NCBI GenBank assembly: GCA_965263295.1 | Contig: OZ253665.1 | Location: 2,208,001-2,272,000, forward strand | Reading direction: 5' to 3' | DNA from: Spirochaetia bacterium | GTDB lineage: Bacteria > Spirochaetota > Spirochaetia > SP-2023 | Length of the DNA: 64,000 nucleotides | Part shown: positions 17,791 to 25,694 of the stretch, in pieces | Layout of the letters: every line of letters begins with the position of its first letter | Numbering within the stretch: position 1 is the stretch's first letter | Translations under genes and position numbers: made by a program | Notes under the pieces: model-generated | The model's input: the letters and a program-made list of their open reading frames with translations, nothing else | Databases searched by the model: none | What the model was told of the DNA's origin: nothing

Positions 17791-18031
17791 GGTTAATTCC
17801 TGCCTAACGAGTATTGGATATTTACTGTAGGCAATATAACGGAATAGCCGAGACATTTGAAGCTGCTGCAGTCGACTGGCATGGAGTTACTTTCCAACTT
17901 CAAATTATTTTTTCAAAATAAAGAATGCCTCGCCGCAAATAAGTTCCGTTAAAATTAAGAATTAGAGGAGTTAGATTCGGCAGATATTTGTTGCATTGGA
18001 TTTGTAAAACTGTAAAGAAATACTTGTTTTA

Positions 18032-19312
18032 CTAGCCTGCCGCGCTCAGATTTTTAACTAAACCTTTGGCAATCACATCCTCAATGATATTCAGAGCGCG
18101 GTCAATTGTTTCTGTCTCCAACTGCGAGGACACGGAAATGCGGAAGCGACGCTCGTGTGCCGGCACCGCCGGGTAGTCTACTGGTTGCAGAAACAGGCCC
18201 CGGCGTTGGACCTCGTAGGCCATTTTTAGCAGAGTCTCACCGGAGGAGCCAATAATAATCGGGATGACTTGAGATTCCGTGTGCCCCAGATTCAGATTCA
18301 TGGCCTCCAGGCCCTTGCGGAAGTAGTGGGTGTTCTCCCACAGCTTGTCGCGCAGGCTAGAGTCGCGCGTGGCCACTTCAAGGGCTTTCAGCAAGCCGCC
18401 GACAATCGGCGGCGCAATGGAACAGGAAAAGTTCCACGGGGCCGAATAACCTTTGAGGTAATCAATGAGTTCCTGGTTGGCGCAGATAAAGCCTCCGACG
18501 CCGCCAAATGACTTGCTGAGCGTACCGAAACTGACTCCTATTTTGTCTTCCAGGCCGAAATGTTCGCCGACGCCGCGGCCATTTTTACCAAAAATCAGCG
18601 AAGAGTGGGCCTCGTCCAGAAATAGCCCGGCATTGTAAGTTTCGCACAAAGCGCTGACTTCTGGCAATTTTACCAGGTCACCGTCCATTGAGTATATGCC
18701 TTCAACTAATACTAATGTGCGTTTTGCTTTGTACTTTTCCAATAAGACTTCCAAATTTTTAATGTCGTTATGTGGGAAAAAGACCATCTTGGCGCCGGAG
18801 GAAACCACGCCTTCGACAATGCTGCGGTGGATTTTTTCGTCCATGATGGCAATGTCACCCTTGCGCAATATACCCTGGATTGCCCCGACGTTGCCGCCAA
18901 AACCGCTGGAATATAAAAGGCAGGCTTCTTGCTCCTTAAATTGAGCCAATTTCTCTGCCAGCTGGACGTGTAAGTCGAACGTGCCTGAAAGTAGTGGGGC
19001 GCCAGAGGCACCCATGCCATACTTGTCCAAAGCCTCTTTGCAGGCTTGGATAACTTCAGGATGGGTGGAAAGTCCGAGGTAGTTATATGAAGTCAGGTTA
19101 ATGATGTCGCGCTCTTTGCCGTCAAAGTTGCTGCGCACTCGGCTGTGGGCCTGGGGTGCTCGCAACAATTGCTGTTCAAAAAAACCAAAGGCACTGCGCA
19201 CCTTGGGGTGGTAGAGCCATTGTTTGAAGTCTTCTGGCGGCTGCAATACATTGGGGTTGTCGTTGTAATGGAAATCGGCGAGGCTGAAATTCAGCAACTG
19301 GTCTTCTTTCAT
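18032..19312 (-). CDS. Alpha-oxoamine synthase family PLP enzyme (SPT/BioF/KBL-like; substrate unassigned)
   Basis: SYNYLGL, EGIYSMDGD, DEAHS, GTLSKSFG. Confidence 0.9.
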   Translation of the reverse strand: MKEDQLLNFSLADFHYNDNPNVLQPPEDFKQWLYHPKVRSAFGFFEQQLLRAPQAHSRVRSNFDGKERDIINLTSYNYLGLSTHPEVIQACKEALDKYGMGASGAPLLSGTFDLHVQLAEKLAQFKEQEACLLYSSGFGGNVGAIQGILRKGDIAIMDEKIHRSIVEGVVSSGAKMVFFPHNDIKNLEVLLEKYKAKRTLVLVEGIYSMDGDLVKLPEVSALCETYNAGLFLDEAHSSLIFGKNGRGVGEHFGLEDKIGVSFGTLSKSFGGVGGFICANQELIDYLKGYSAPWNFSCSIAPPIVGGLLKALEVATRDSSLRDKLWENTHYFRKGLEAMNLNLGHTESQVIPIIIGSSGETLLKMAYEVQRRGLFLQPVDYPAVPAHERRFRISVSSQLETETIDRALNIIEDVIAKGLVKNLSAAG

Positions 19313-19621
19313 CGGATATCCTTGACTGTAAAGATTTTATTACAATGCATTAAATTGTTGCCACCCCGGCTCAATCGGTGATTAAAGCCTCATTTGCCCA
19401 AAATTTTGAAGGCTCCAAATCAAGGCTTTAATCGCGGCCCCAATCGTGAAAATGGGCACTTAACATGATATTGGAAAATCGGCGGCAGGGCAAATTAGTT
19501 TTGTCGAATACTTTTCTGACAGAATATTTTGCTTCTTTCGGCGCTGCTCGCGCAGTTGATTTTGAGCTACTTTGTCGCTACATCTTGCCGTGACGGGAAC
19601 AAAAAAGTGGCACAAAGACTT

Positions 19622-19666
19622 GAGTATGCTAGAGCTCCCCCTTTTGGGGGGAGCTCTAGCATACTC
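19622..19666. terminator. Perfect 20-bp inverted repeat downstream of the ACP gene (terminator or mRNA stabiliser)
   Basis: GAGTATGCTAGAGCTCCCCC-TTTTG-GGGGGAGCTCTAGCATACTC. Confidence 0.6.
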
Positions 19667-19713
19667 GCATTATCCTTGTATTCTTTCTTTCCTTGGTCTG
19701 AATCAAGTTCTAC

Positions 19714-19959
19714 TCAAGTGTTGGCTACTTCGACAAATTTGTCCGCGAGTTGATCAATGGTCGTGATATCTGCGAGTTCAGCGCGAGGCACTTTTATCTT
19801 CAATTCACGCATGGCACAGGAAACGACTTCGATAATATCCAGGCTGTTGGCGCCGTAGTCTTTCATGGACTTATTGGGGTCGATATCATTGATATCGACA
19901 TCGTCCAGATTTTCTACAATCTGCTCTTTAATAACGGCAATGACTGCTTCTTTTGTCAT
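19714..19959 (-). CDS. Acyl carrier protein, AcpK-like (beta-branching donor ACP type)
   Basis: 81 aa, acidic, phosphopantetheine site YGANSLD (GANS rather than the FAS-type GADS). AAGGAG RBS. Confidence 0.9.
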   Translation of the reverse strand: MTKEAVIAVIKEQIVENLDDVDINDIDPNKSMKDYGANSLDIIEVVSCAMRELKIKVPRAELADITTIDQLADKFVEVANT

Positions 19960-20084
19960 GGCTTACTCCTTTAAAGGTGGGTAAAGGTTGATAAAGTTTG
20001 AATTTCGTTGCGAATATACGTTTAATTTCCCGATTTTTTAATTTGAATGCGATCTGTGGCCAGCAAACAATTGCAAGCCTAATG

Positions 20085-20939
20085 TCAGATGCTTGTAGCT
20101 CCTAATTGCGACTGGGAGGACCCTGGCGGGACTTCCTGATTATTTTGAAAGCTAAAACGGTTCATCAGATTATCCTGAAATGGCAGGCCGTGGTCAACTT
20201 GCAGCAGTTGACCGTTCATGGCATCGAAAAGTCCGGAGCAAAGGGCAAAGAGAACTTTCCCACAATCGTCCGTTTGCAGTTGCAGCTTGGGGTCGACGCC
20301 GTTTTTCTGCGAGAATTCAAAAAATTCGTCTCCAAAAATAAACTCAAAGGACTCGGTTTTTACGGTGCCAAAACGCACAACATTGACGCTGGAGCCCTCT
20401 TTTTGCAGGTGCACGGCCAGGTAGCGACCCAGAAATTCCAACATGGCCTTGGAAGCGGCGACAAAATCGTAGCCGGGATAGTAGTGATCGGGCCCGTCGC
20501 TGGAAACGCCAAGGACATGGCGCGGGTAGTGGCCAAATTGTTTCTTGGACTTTTGGCAGTAATCCACCAGCGGCCAGGAGCTATAATCGAGGGTCTTGTA
20601 GAGTGAGCGTTTCTTGTAGTCATCCAGTTTCTCGGTCTTGAGGGCAAAGCCCACGTTGTTGATGAAGACATCCAGCTTGTCGCAGTGCCGGGCGATTTCA
20701 GCCATGACTGTCGGTGTGTCTTCTTCGCGCGAAACATCGGCCTGAATGAATACCGGGGCCCGGCCTTGCAGTTCTGTGGTGAACTCGCGCGCGATGGCCT
20801 GAGTATCCGCGGAGCCCCATTTGTAGGTCAGGTAGACTTGGGCTCCAGCGCGGGCAAAGTACTTGGCCGCCCCTAGACCAATGCCCTTGGTGCCGCCGGT
20901 AATCAGGACATTCTTGCCCTTCATGTCGATGGAAAACAT
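20085..20939 (-). CDS. SDR oxidoreductase, enoyl-ACP reductase (FabL/FabI-like)
   Basis: TGGTKGIG; Y-x6-K catalytic spacing (YDFVAASK) typical of enoyl-thioester reductases. Confidence 0.8.
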   Translation of the reverse strand: MFSIDMKGKNVLITGGTKGIGLGAAKYFARAGAQVYLTYKWGSADTQAIAREFTTELQGRAPVFIQADVSREEDTPTVMAEIARHCDKLDVFINNVGFALKTEKLDDYKKRSLYKTLDYSSWPLVDYCQKSKKQFGHYPRHVLGVSSDGPDHYYPGYDFVAASKAMLEFLGRYLAVHLQKEGSSVNVVRFGTVKTESFEFIFGDEFFEFSQKNGVDPKLQLQTDDCGKVLFALCSGLFDAMNGQLLQVDHGLPFQDNLMNRFSFQNNQEVPPGSSQSQLGATSI

Positions 20940-20955
20940 AATAAGCTCCTAAGAA

Positions 20956-21699
20956 TCAATCCCCTGCGTAAAACTCTTTGATTATGGACTGGGTTTCGGG
21001 CAGGTTGAACGAAATTTTATGCATTAAATCCTCTTGCAGGCGGGCTTCAATGACCAGTTTTTTCTTGACGGCGCCCAGGCTGTGCTTTAACAGGTACAAG
21101 CTTTCCCGCGGCTTTTCCGCCATTTGCGTGGCGATATCCTCGGCTTTGGCCATGATTTCAGCTCTGGGCAGAATGTAATTGATATGCGTGCCGCGATTGG
21201 CGAGCTCTTTGCCTTTAAATCGCTTGCCGGTATACATCATTTCGGCGGCGGTGTAGGGCCCCAACAGTTGGGGCAGCAGGGTCGTGGAGGCCATGCCGGG
21301 AGTGAAACCCATGTTCATGAAGACAGCGCCGTAGCGGCTCTCGCGCGCGGCGAGCACGATGTCGCAGGCGGCACCCATCACCAGGCCTCCGCCCATGGCG
21401 TGGCCTTCCATCGCCGCGACAACCGGGAACGGGGCCCCTACTATCAGGTCGGTGATAATCAGGTCATCGACGGTGACTCGGCCTTCGGTGAGCCCAATCA
21501 GGCTGTCTTTGGCGCCGCCGGCGCAAAAGACCTGGCTCGTACCTTGGATAATGACGATTTTGGGTCGTACAACTTTACACAAATGCTGCCATTTTTCAAT
21601 GAACTCGCGCACAAGGTTTTTTGTGAGGACATTCGGGCCTTTGGCCTCATCCAGGCGAAAGATAAAATATCCCGCGGAGCTTTCAGTCAATTTGATCAT
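20956..21699 (-). CDS. Crotonase-family protein, PksI/ECH2-like decarboxylase
   Basis: VAAMEGHAMGGG, RESRYGAVFMNMGFTPGM, EDLMH match the PksI/CurF ECH2 pattern. Confidence 0.82.
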   Translation of the reverse strand: MIKLTESSAGYFIFRLDEAKGPNVLTKNLVREFIEKWQHLCKVVRPKIVIIQGTSQVFCAGGAKDSLIGLTEGRVTVDDLIITDLIVGAPFPVVAAMEGHAMGGGLVMGAACDIVLAARESRYGAVFMNMGFTPGMASTTLLPQLLGPYTAAEMMYTGKRFKGKELANRGTHINYILPRAEIMAKAEDIATQMAEKPRESLYLLKHSLGAVKKKLVIEARLQEDLMHKISFNLPETQSIIKEFYAGD

Positions 21700-21804
21700 G
21701 GCCAGCACTTTACGGAAAATCCGTGGCGGCGACAAGGGCTGAGGCGTTGCCCCGGCGTGCCGGCAGTTCAGGGCGGAGTCACATTGGCGGCCGCTTGAAT
21801 CCAA

Positions 21805-22314
21805 TTAGGATTTACATTTATGGCATTGCCCATTAATGCATTGATTGCATTGCCCATAGAGCACGAGAGTGTGGGATTTTAACGTAAAGCCATGTTCTGT
21901 GGCAATGCGCAGTTGCAGTGCTTCAAGTTCTTCGTTATGAAACTCAAAGTATTGGCCGCACTCGGTGCATATCAAGTGGTCGTGATGCTCGCAGTGGCGG
22001 GACGGTTCAAAGTAACTGGACTGAGTATGGATTCCCGGCGAGCCTTGAGAGCGCAGGTTCAACTCCTGAGCGAAACCGTTATTGCACAGCAACTTCAGAG
22101 TCCGGTATACTGTGGCCTGGCCAATCTGGGGCAGCTCCTTTTTTAGCATATGGTAGAGGCCTTCAGCGGTCAGGTGTTTGTCCTGCTCCATGAAGGTCTG
22201 AAAAATCAAGCGGCGCTGCTTGGTATCGCGCAGCTGGTTCATGCACAAAAAACGATTATATGCCGCGGCAGTTTTATCTTTCATGCGAGCCAGTATATTG
22301 ACATCAATTCTCAT
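21805..22314 (-). CDS. fur: Fur-family transcriptional regulator
   Basis: HLTAE, ATVYRTL, HHDHLICTECG, CNQC. Confidence 0.92.
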   Translation of the reverse strand: MRIDVNILARMKDKTAAAYNRFLCMNQLRDTKQRRLIFQTFMEQDKHLTAEGLYHMLKKELPQIGQATVYRTLKLLCNNGFAQELNLRSQGSPGIHTQSSYFEPSRHCEHHDHLICTECGQYFEFHNEELEALQLRIATEHGFTLKSHTLVLYGQCNQCINGQCHKCKS

Positions 22315-22647
22315 TATCTAGCCCCTAAACAGTTTCTCTGAATAAATTCGCTCTGCGCTCCCGCCTGCCCTCCCCTGAAAGTTTTTTGGGGAAAGCCCTT
22401 TATTATTTTGTGGAGTGGAGACTTTCGTCTCGTGGTCAAGGGTTTTGATTATTTTATCGGCGATTTTTATTGAATATTAAATTATTTTTTATCAGAAATA
22501 TTTTTATCCAATATTTTGGGCTTTTTTATTGACGCAAGAAAAAAAATATCCTTTTCATTCATTTTATTTTCACTTTCGTTCCGATCTTGTTGCAAATTGT
22601 TTTAATTTGCCTGGAATTCCATTTTGGGTCCCTGATAAATTTTGTCA

Positions 22648-22707
22648 ATTTTGCCAGGAAATTCCCAATTTAAAACGATTTTTAAATTGGAAAATTCCTG
22701 GCAAAAT
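22648..22707 (-). terminator. 28-bp imperfect hairpin just downstream of the outer-membrane protein gene
   Basis: ATTTTGCCAGGAAATTCCCAATTTAAAA pairs with 22680-22707 at 26 of 28 positions, 4-nt loop. Confidence 0.65.
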
Positions 22708-22755
22708 ATGAATATAGTTAAAATGAACTAAATGGAAGCCATTTTAGAAGCTATT

Positions 22756-24279
22756 TTACTTGTTGAACTTGGCCTTGAACGAGGCCTTCAGGCCGAGATT
22801 CATATACACGTCCGTGGAATAATTACTATGGTCAAATTTTCCGTTCTCGTAGGAGCCCCAACCCACACCCTTCTGCTTGAACGGGCGAGGATTTTCAATT
22901 TCCAACGAGGCCCAGATGCTGGCGCTCCTGTCCTTTTTGTTGACCAGGCGCTGCTCCACGCCAAAACCTAGGTAACTGAGCGGAGTTTGGCGCTCAACCT
23001 TTTCCTCGGTTGCATGTATCTTAGAGCCATCATTTTTTAGGTCCTTGTGGTCGGGCTCCCAGAATTCCATGCGCGTGCCGACCCAGGCACTCAGGTAGCG
23101 CTCGCCCATGACCGAACGCAGGGCGTCCGTCGAAACTTTGACGCCGATACCGCGGAAGGCTGTGTTGTCGACATAGCTCCTTTTTCCTTTGTGACCAGAG
23201 GCATCGGTAAAGTTGTCGTTTTCGCGCGTATCGCCGCCCATGTCGATACCCAGGCTGACCAGGTTGTAGCCTTCGTCCGGATCCTTCAGGCCGAATAGCA
23301 TGCCGGCGGACCACATGATCTTGGGATTTGCGTAGGCATTGGGCTGGCTGTTGCTGAGCCCCTGAACGCCAAGGTTGAACATGATGGGCGTAATATCCAG
23401 CGCGGCAAAGCCCAGGTCCAGGCTGGCCGTGTAGGCCAGGGAAAGGCCAAACTGGTCAAAATCCTGCGGCTCATAATCTCCGTCACTTGTGGTACCCACT
23501 TGTGGATTTGGTTCTTTAGCTTTGCCACTGATGCCGGCCGCCTTTTCATTGTTGGTCAGGTCTGCCTTGTAGCCAATGGAGGCACTGATATTGTGCATGC
23601 CAAACTCTTTTTCAAACAGCAGGGCCGCCCCCATGTCGTAGACTTTGTTCGGCTCATTTTTGCTGCCGATGGGTTTCTGAAAGTCGTGCAGGCTCATGCC
23701 CAGGCGCACGGTCAGCATGTCCAGTATCTTCATGTCCAGCTGCATATTCGGAACGACATACTTGAGGACTCCGGCCTGTGTGCCGCAGTCGTATTCCATT
23801 TTAAAGTCACCGCTAATGTCAGCAGCCCATTCGTCCTGCCCGGCGTCCTGACCGTTGCTCAGCTCGACGTCAAAAATGCCGCCCTGCAGGTACAGGTCAA
23901 ATTTTTCCTGATCCAGCCCCATCATGGCGTCGAGAATATGCATATAGACATACGACTCACCCAGTATAACGGCGGCATGCGATTGCCCTTTGTCTTTTTT
24001 ATAGTCGCCGGCGTAGCCCTCAATGCCGACCTTGACACCGACCAGGTTGTCGTAGTCAGCGTTTACCACGCTGGAGAACCTATCCTTTTGGGCAACGACC
24101 GCATTGCCTTCTTCCGCTTCCTCGCCACCCAGGTAAAACCTCCCCTTCAATTCGCCCTTGGGTTCAATGCTAAGTGAAAGCTTGCCGCCTTCTTGTTCGT
24201 CGGTCTGTGCCACAAGGTTGGGCATAGCCAACAAGCCGATAAACAACAATATTAAATTGTTCTTTATTAAATTCTTCAT
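22756..24279 (-). CDS. Probable major outer-membrane/outer-sheath beta-barrel protein
   Basis: AGGAGG RBS, signal peptide ending NLVA-Q, amphipathic beta-strand pattern, C-terminus LGLKASFKAKFNK. Confidence 0.7.
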   Translation of the reverse strand: MKNLIKNNLILLFIGLLAMPNLVAQTDEQEGGKLSLSIEPKGELKGRFYLGGEEAEEGNAVVAQKDRFSSVVNADYDNLVGVKVGIEGYAGDYKKDKGQSHAAVILGESYVYMHILDAMMGLDQEKFDLYLQGGIFDVELSNGQDAGQDEWAADISGDFKMEYDCGTQAGVLKYVVPNMQLDMKILDMLTVRLGMSLHDFQKPIGSKNEPNKVYDMGAALLFEKEFGMHNISASIGYKADLTNNEKAAGISGKAKEPNPQVGTTSDGDYEPQDFDQFGLSLAYTASLDLGFAALDITPIMFNLGVQGLSNSQPNAYANPKIMWSAGMLFGLKDPDEGYNLVSLGIDMGGDTRENDNFTDASGHKGKRSYVDNTAFRGIGVKVSTDALRSVMGERYLSAWVGTRMEFWEPDHKDLKNDGSKIHATEEKVERQTPLSYLGFGVEQRLVNKKDRSASIWASLEIENPRPFKQKGVGWGSYENGKFDHSNYSTDVYMNLGLKASFKAKFNK

Positions 24280-24505
24280 TTTTTGTCCTCCTAAAGAAGA
24301 AATTTTTTGAATTACCAGCAGAAGTAAATCTCTTTGCTCCGGGAAAAGCAAAATGAACTACTTCCACATCCTAATACATATAAAAAGAATTAATATAAAA
24401 TTCAAGGCATAATCATAAAAAATTTAGGAAAATTATTCACTAAAACGTTATTTACCTTCCTTCAAAATTTTAAAACTTTATTTATATATTTAAAATAGCA
24501 GGCTC

Positions 24506-24595
24506 CAAGATCAATCAAGGTTAATCAAGATCAATAAAGATCAATAAAGATCAATCAAGATCAATCAAGATCAATCAAGATCAATCAAGGTCAAT
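24506..24595. repeat. Nine tandem 10-bp units (C/A)AAGATCAAT upstream of the OMP gene
   Basis: Read directly; seven units contain GATC. Confidence 0.95.
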
Positions 24596-24919
24596 AATGG
24601 ATAGACGGAATAAATACTAACTACAAATTGTTTGGGAATTTAGCCCCAATGTGGGCGATCTGCGCCGGGTTGCGGTGATTTTTTTAATATTTGACATAAA
24701 TTGGACATAACTTGATCTTTTCCATATTTATGGGTGCAACACCATCTGCTGGATTCGTTCACAGACCGCGAGGCTCCGTACAATGAGCCTCTGCTTTTTT
24801 GTCGACTTGACCACGGCCGTATAATTGGGCTTTAATTAGTCCTGAATTGGTTCCGAATCTGCCCCGCCGCGCAAGCTGCGCTTCGGGCTGGCCCGTTGCA
24901 AAAGATAAATAAAATTTTA

Positions 24920-25489
24920 TTAGGTAAAATCATAGAAGTCACGGATCAACGGGATTTTTCTCTCAAAGCCGCTATATTCATGGCTGCCGCCCTCTTCTAT
25001 ATCGATAAGCGATCCCGAAAATTTGTTTTGCGCCTCTTGATAGTCTAAAAGTTCGTCACCCGTTTGTAAAAGTAATAAAAATTTGCCGCGGCCTTGTATA
25101 TTCTGTATATCGCACGCAAAATCTTTTAGACAGTCCCGGTACTCATCCGTGAAATAATAAATAGAATCATCAAAGAAATTTTTGTTCTCTCCCGTAAACC
25201 TTTGTAACGTTTTGCATGGATCAAGCGCCGGATTGATCAGTACTGCCTTCAAATTGTATTTATTGGCCAGGTAAATTGAGTAATAGCCGCCCAGGGAGCT
25301 GCCCACCAGTGTTATTTCGTAGGCATCTTTTAACAATTCTATGCTGTCTTCCAAAAGCCTCATCGCCAGTTTAGGATTGGCGTGCAAAGTGGGGGCGAAA
25401 GTGTATTTAAATTTTTGTTTTAATATATTTGCTTTTTTTGAGAAACAACTGCTGCCGAATCCATGCACATAAAATATTAGTTTTTTCAC
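24920..25489 (-). CDS. YqiA/YcfP-family esterase
   Basis: IFYVHGFGSS, GSSLGGYY, AVLINPA, QTGDELLDY, GGSH. Probable GTG start at 25489. Confidence 0.88.
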   Translation of the reverse strand: MKKLIFYVHGFGSSCFSKKANILKQKFKYTFAPTLHANPKLAMRLLEDSIELLKDAYEITLVGSSLGGYYSIYLANKYNLKAVLINPALDPCKTLQRFTGENKNFFDDSIYYFTDEYRDCLKDFACDIQNIQGRGKFLLLLQTGDELLDYQEAQNKFSGSLIDIEEGGSHEYSGFERKIPLIRDFYDFT

Positions 25490-25580
25490 AGCCACATTTT
25501 CACAACCACAGTCTGTGCCGCGCCAAAATTGAGTCCCCAGCTCCCGGCGGCTTGCCGCCCGGAGTTGGAGACTCAATTTT

Positions 25581-25660
25581 GGGTCTTCCTGGGTCTTCCT
25601 GGGTCTTCCTGGGTCTTCCTGGGTCTTCCTGGGTCTTCCTGGGCCTTCTTGGGCCTTGGT
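25581..25660. repeat. Tandem 10-bp GGGTCTTCCT x6 plus two degenerate units
   Basis: Read directly; intergenic between the mannosidase stop and the esterase start. Confidence 0.95.
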
Positions 25661-25694
25661 GCCTGAGCTTTTCTGAGCTCTTAGGCAGGCGGGC

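Noticed and set aside
17791..18031. SAM riboswitch upstream of metB
   Set aside because: I could not find SAM-I consensus elements in the leader.
24506..24720. Replication origin (AT-rich, GATC-rich repeats)
   Set aside because: No DnaA-box cluster and no dnaA or rep gene nearby.
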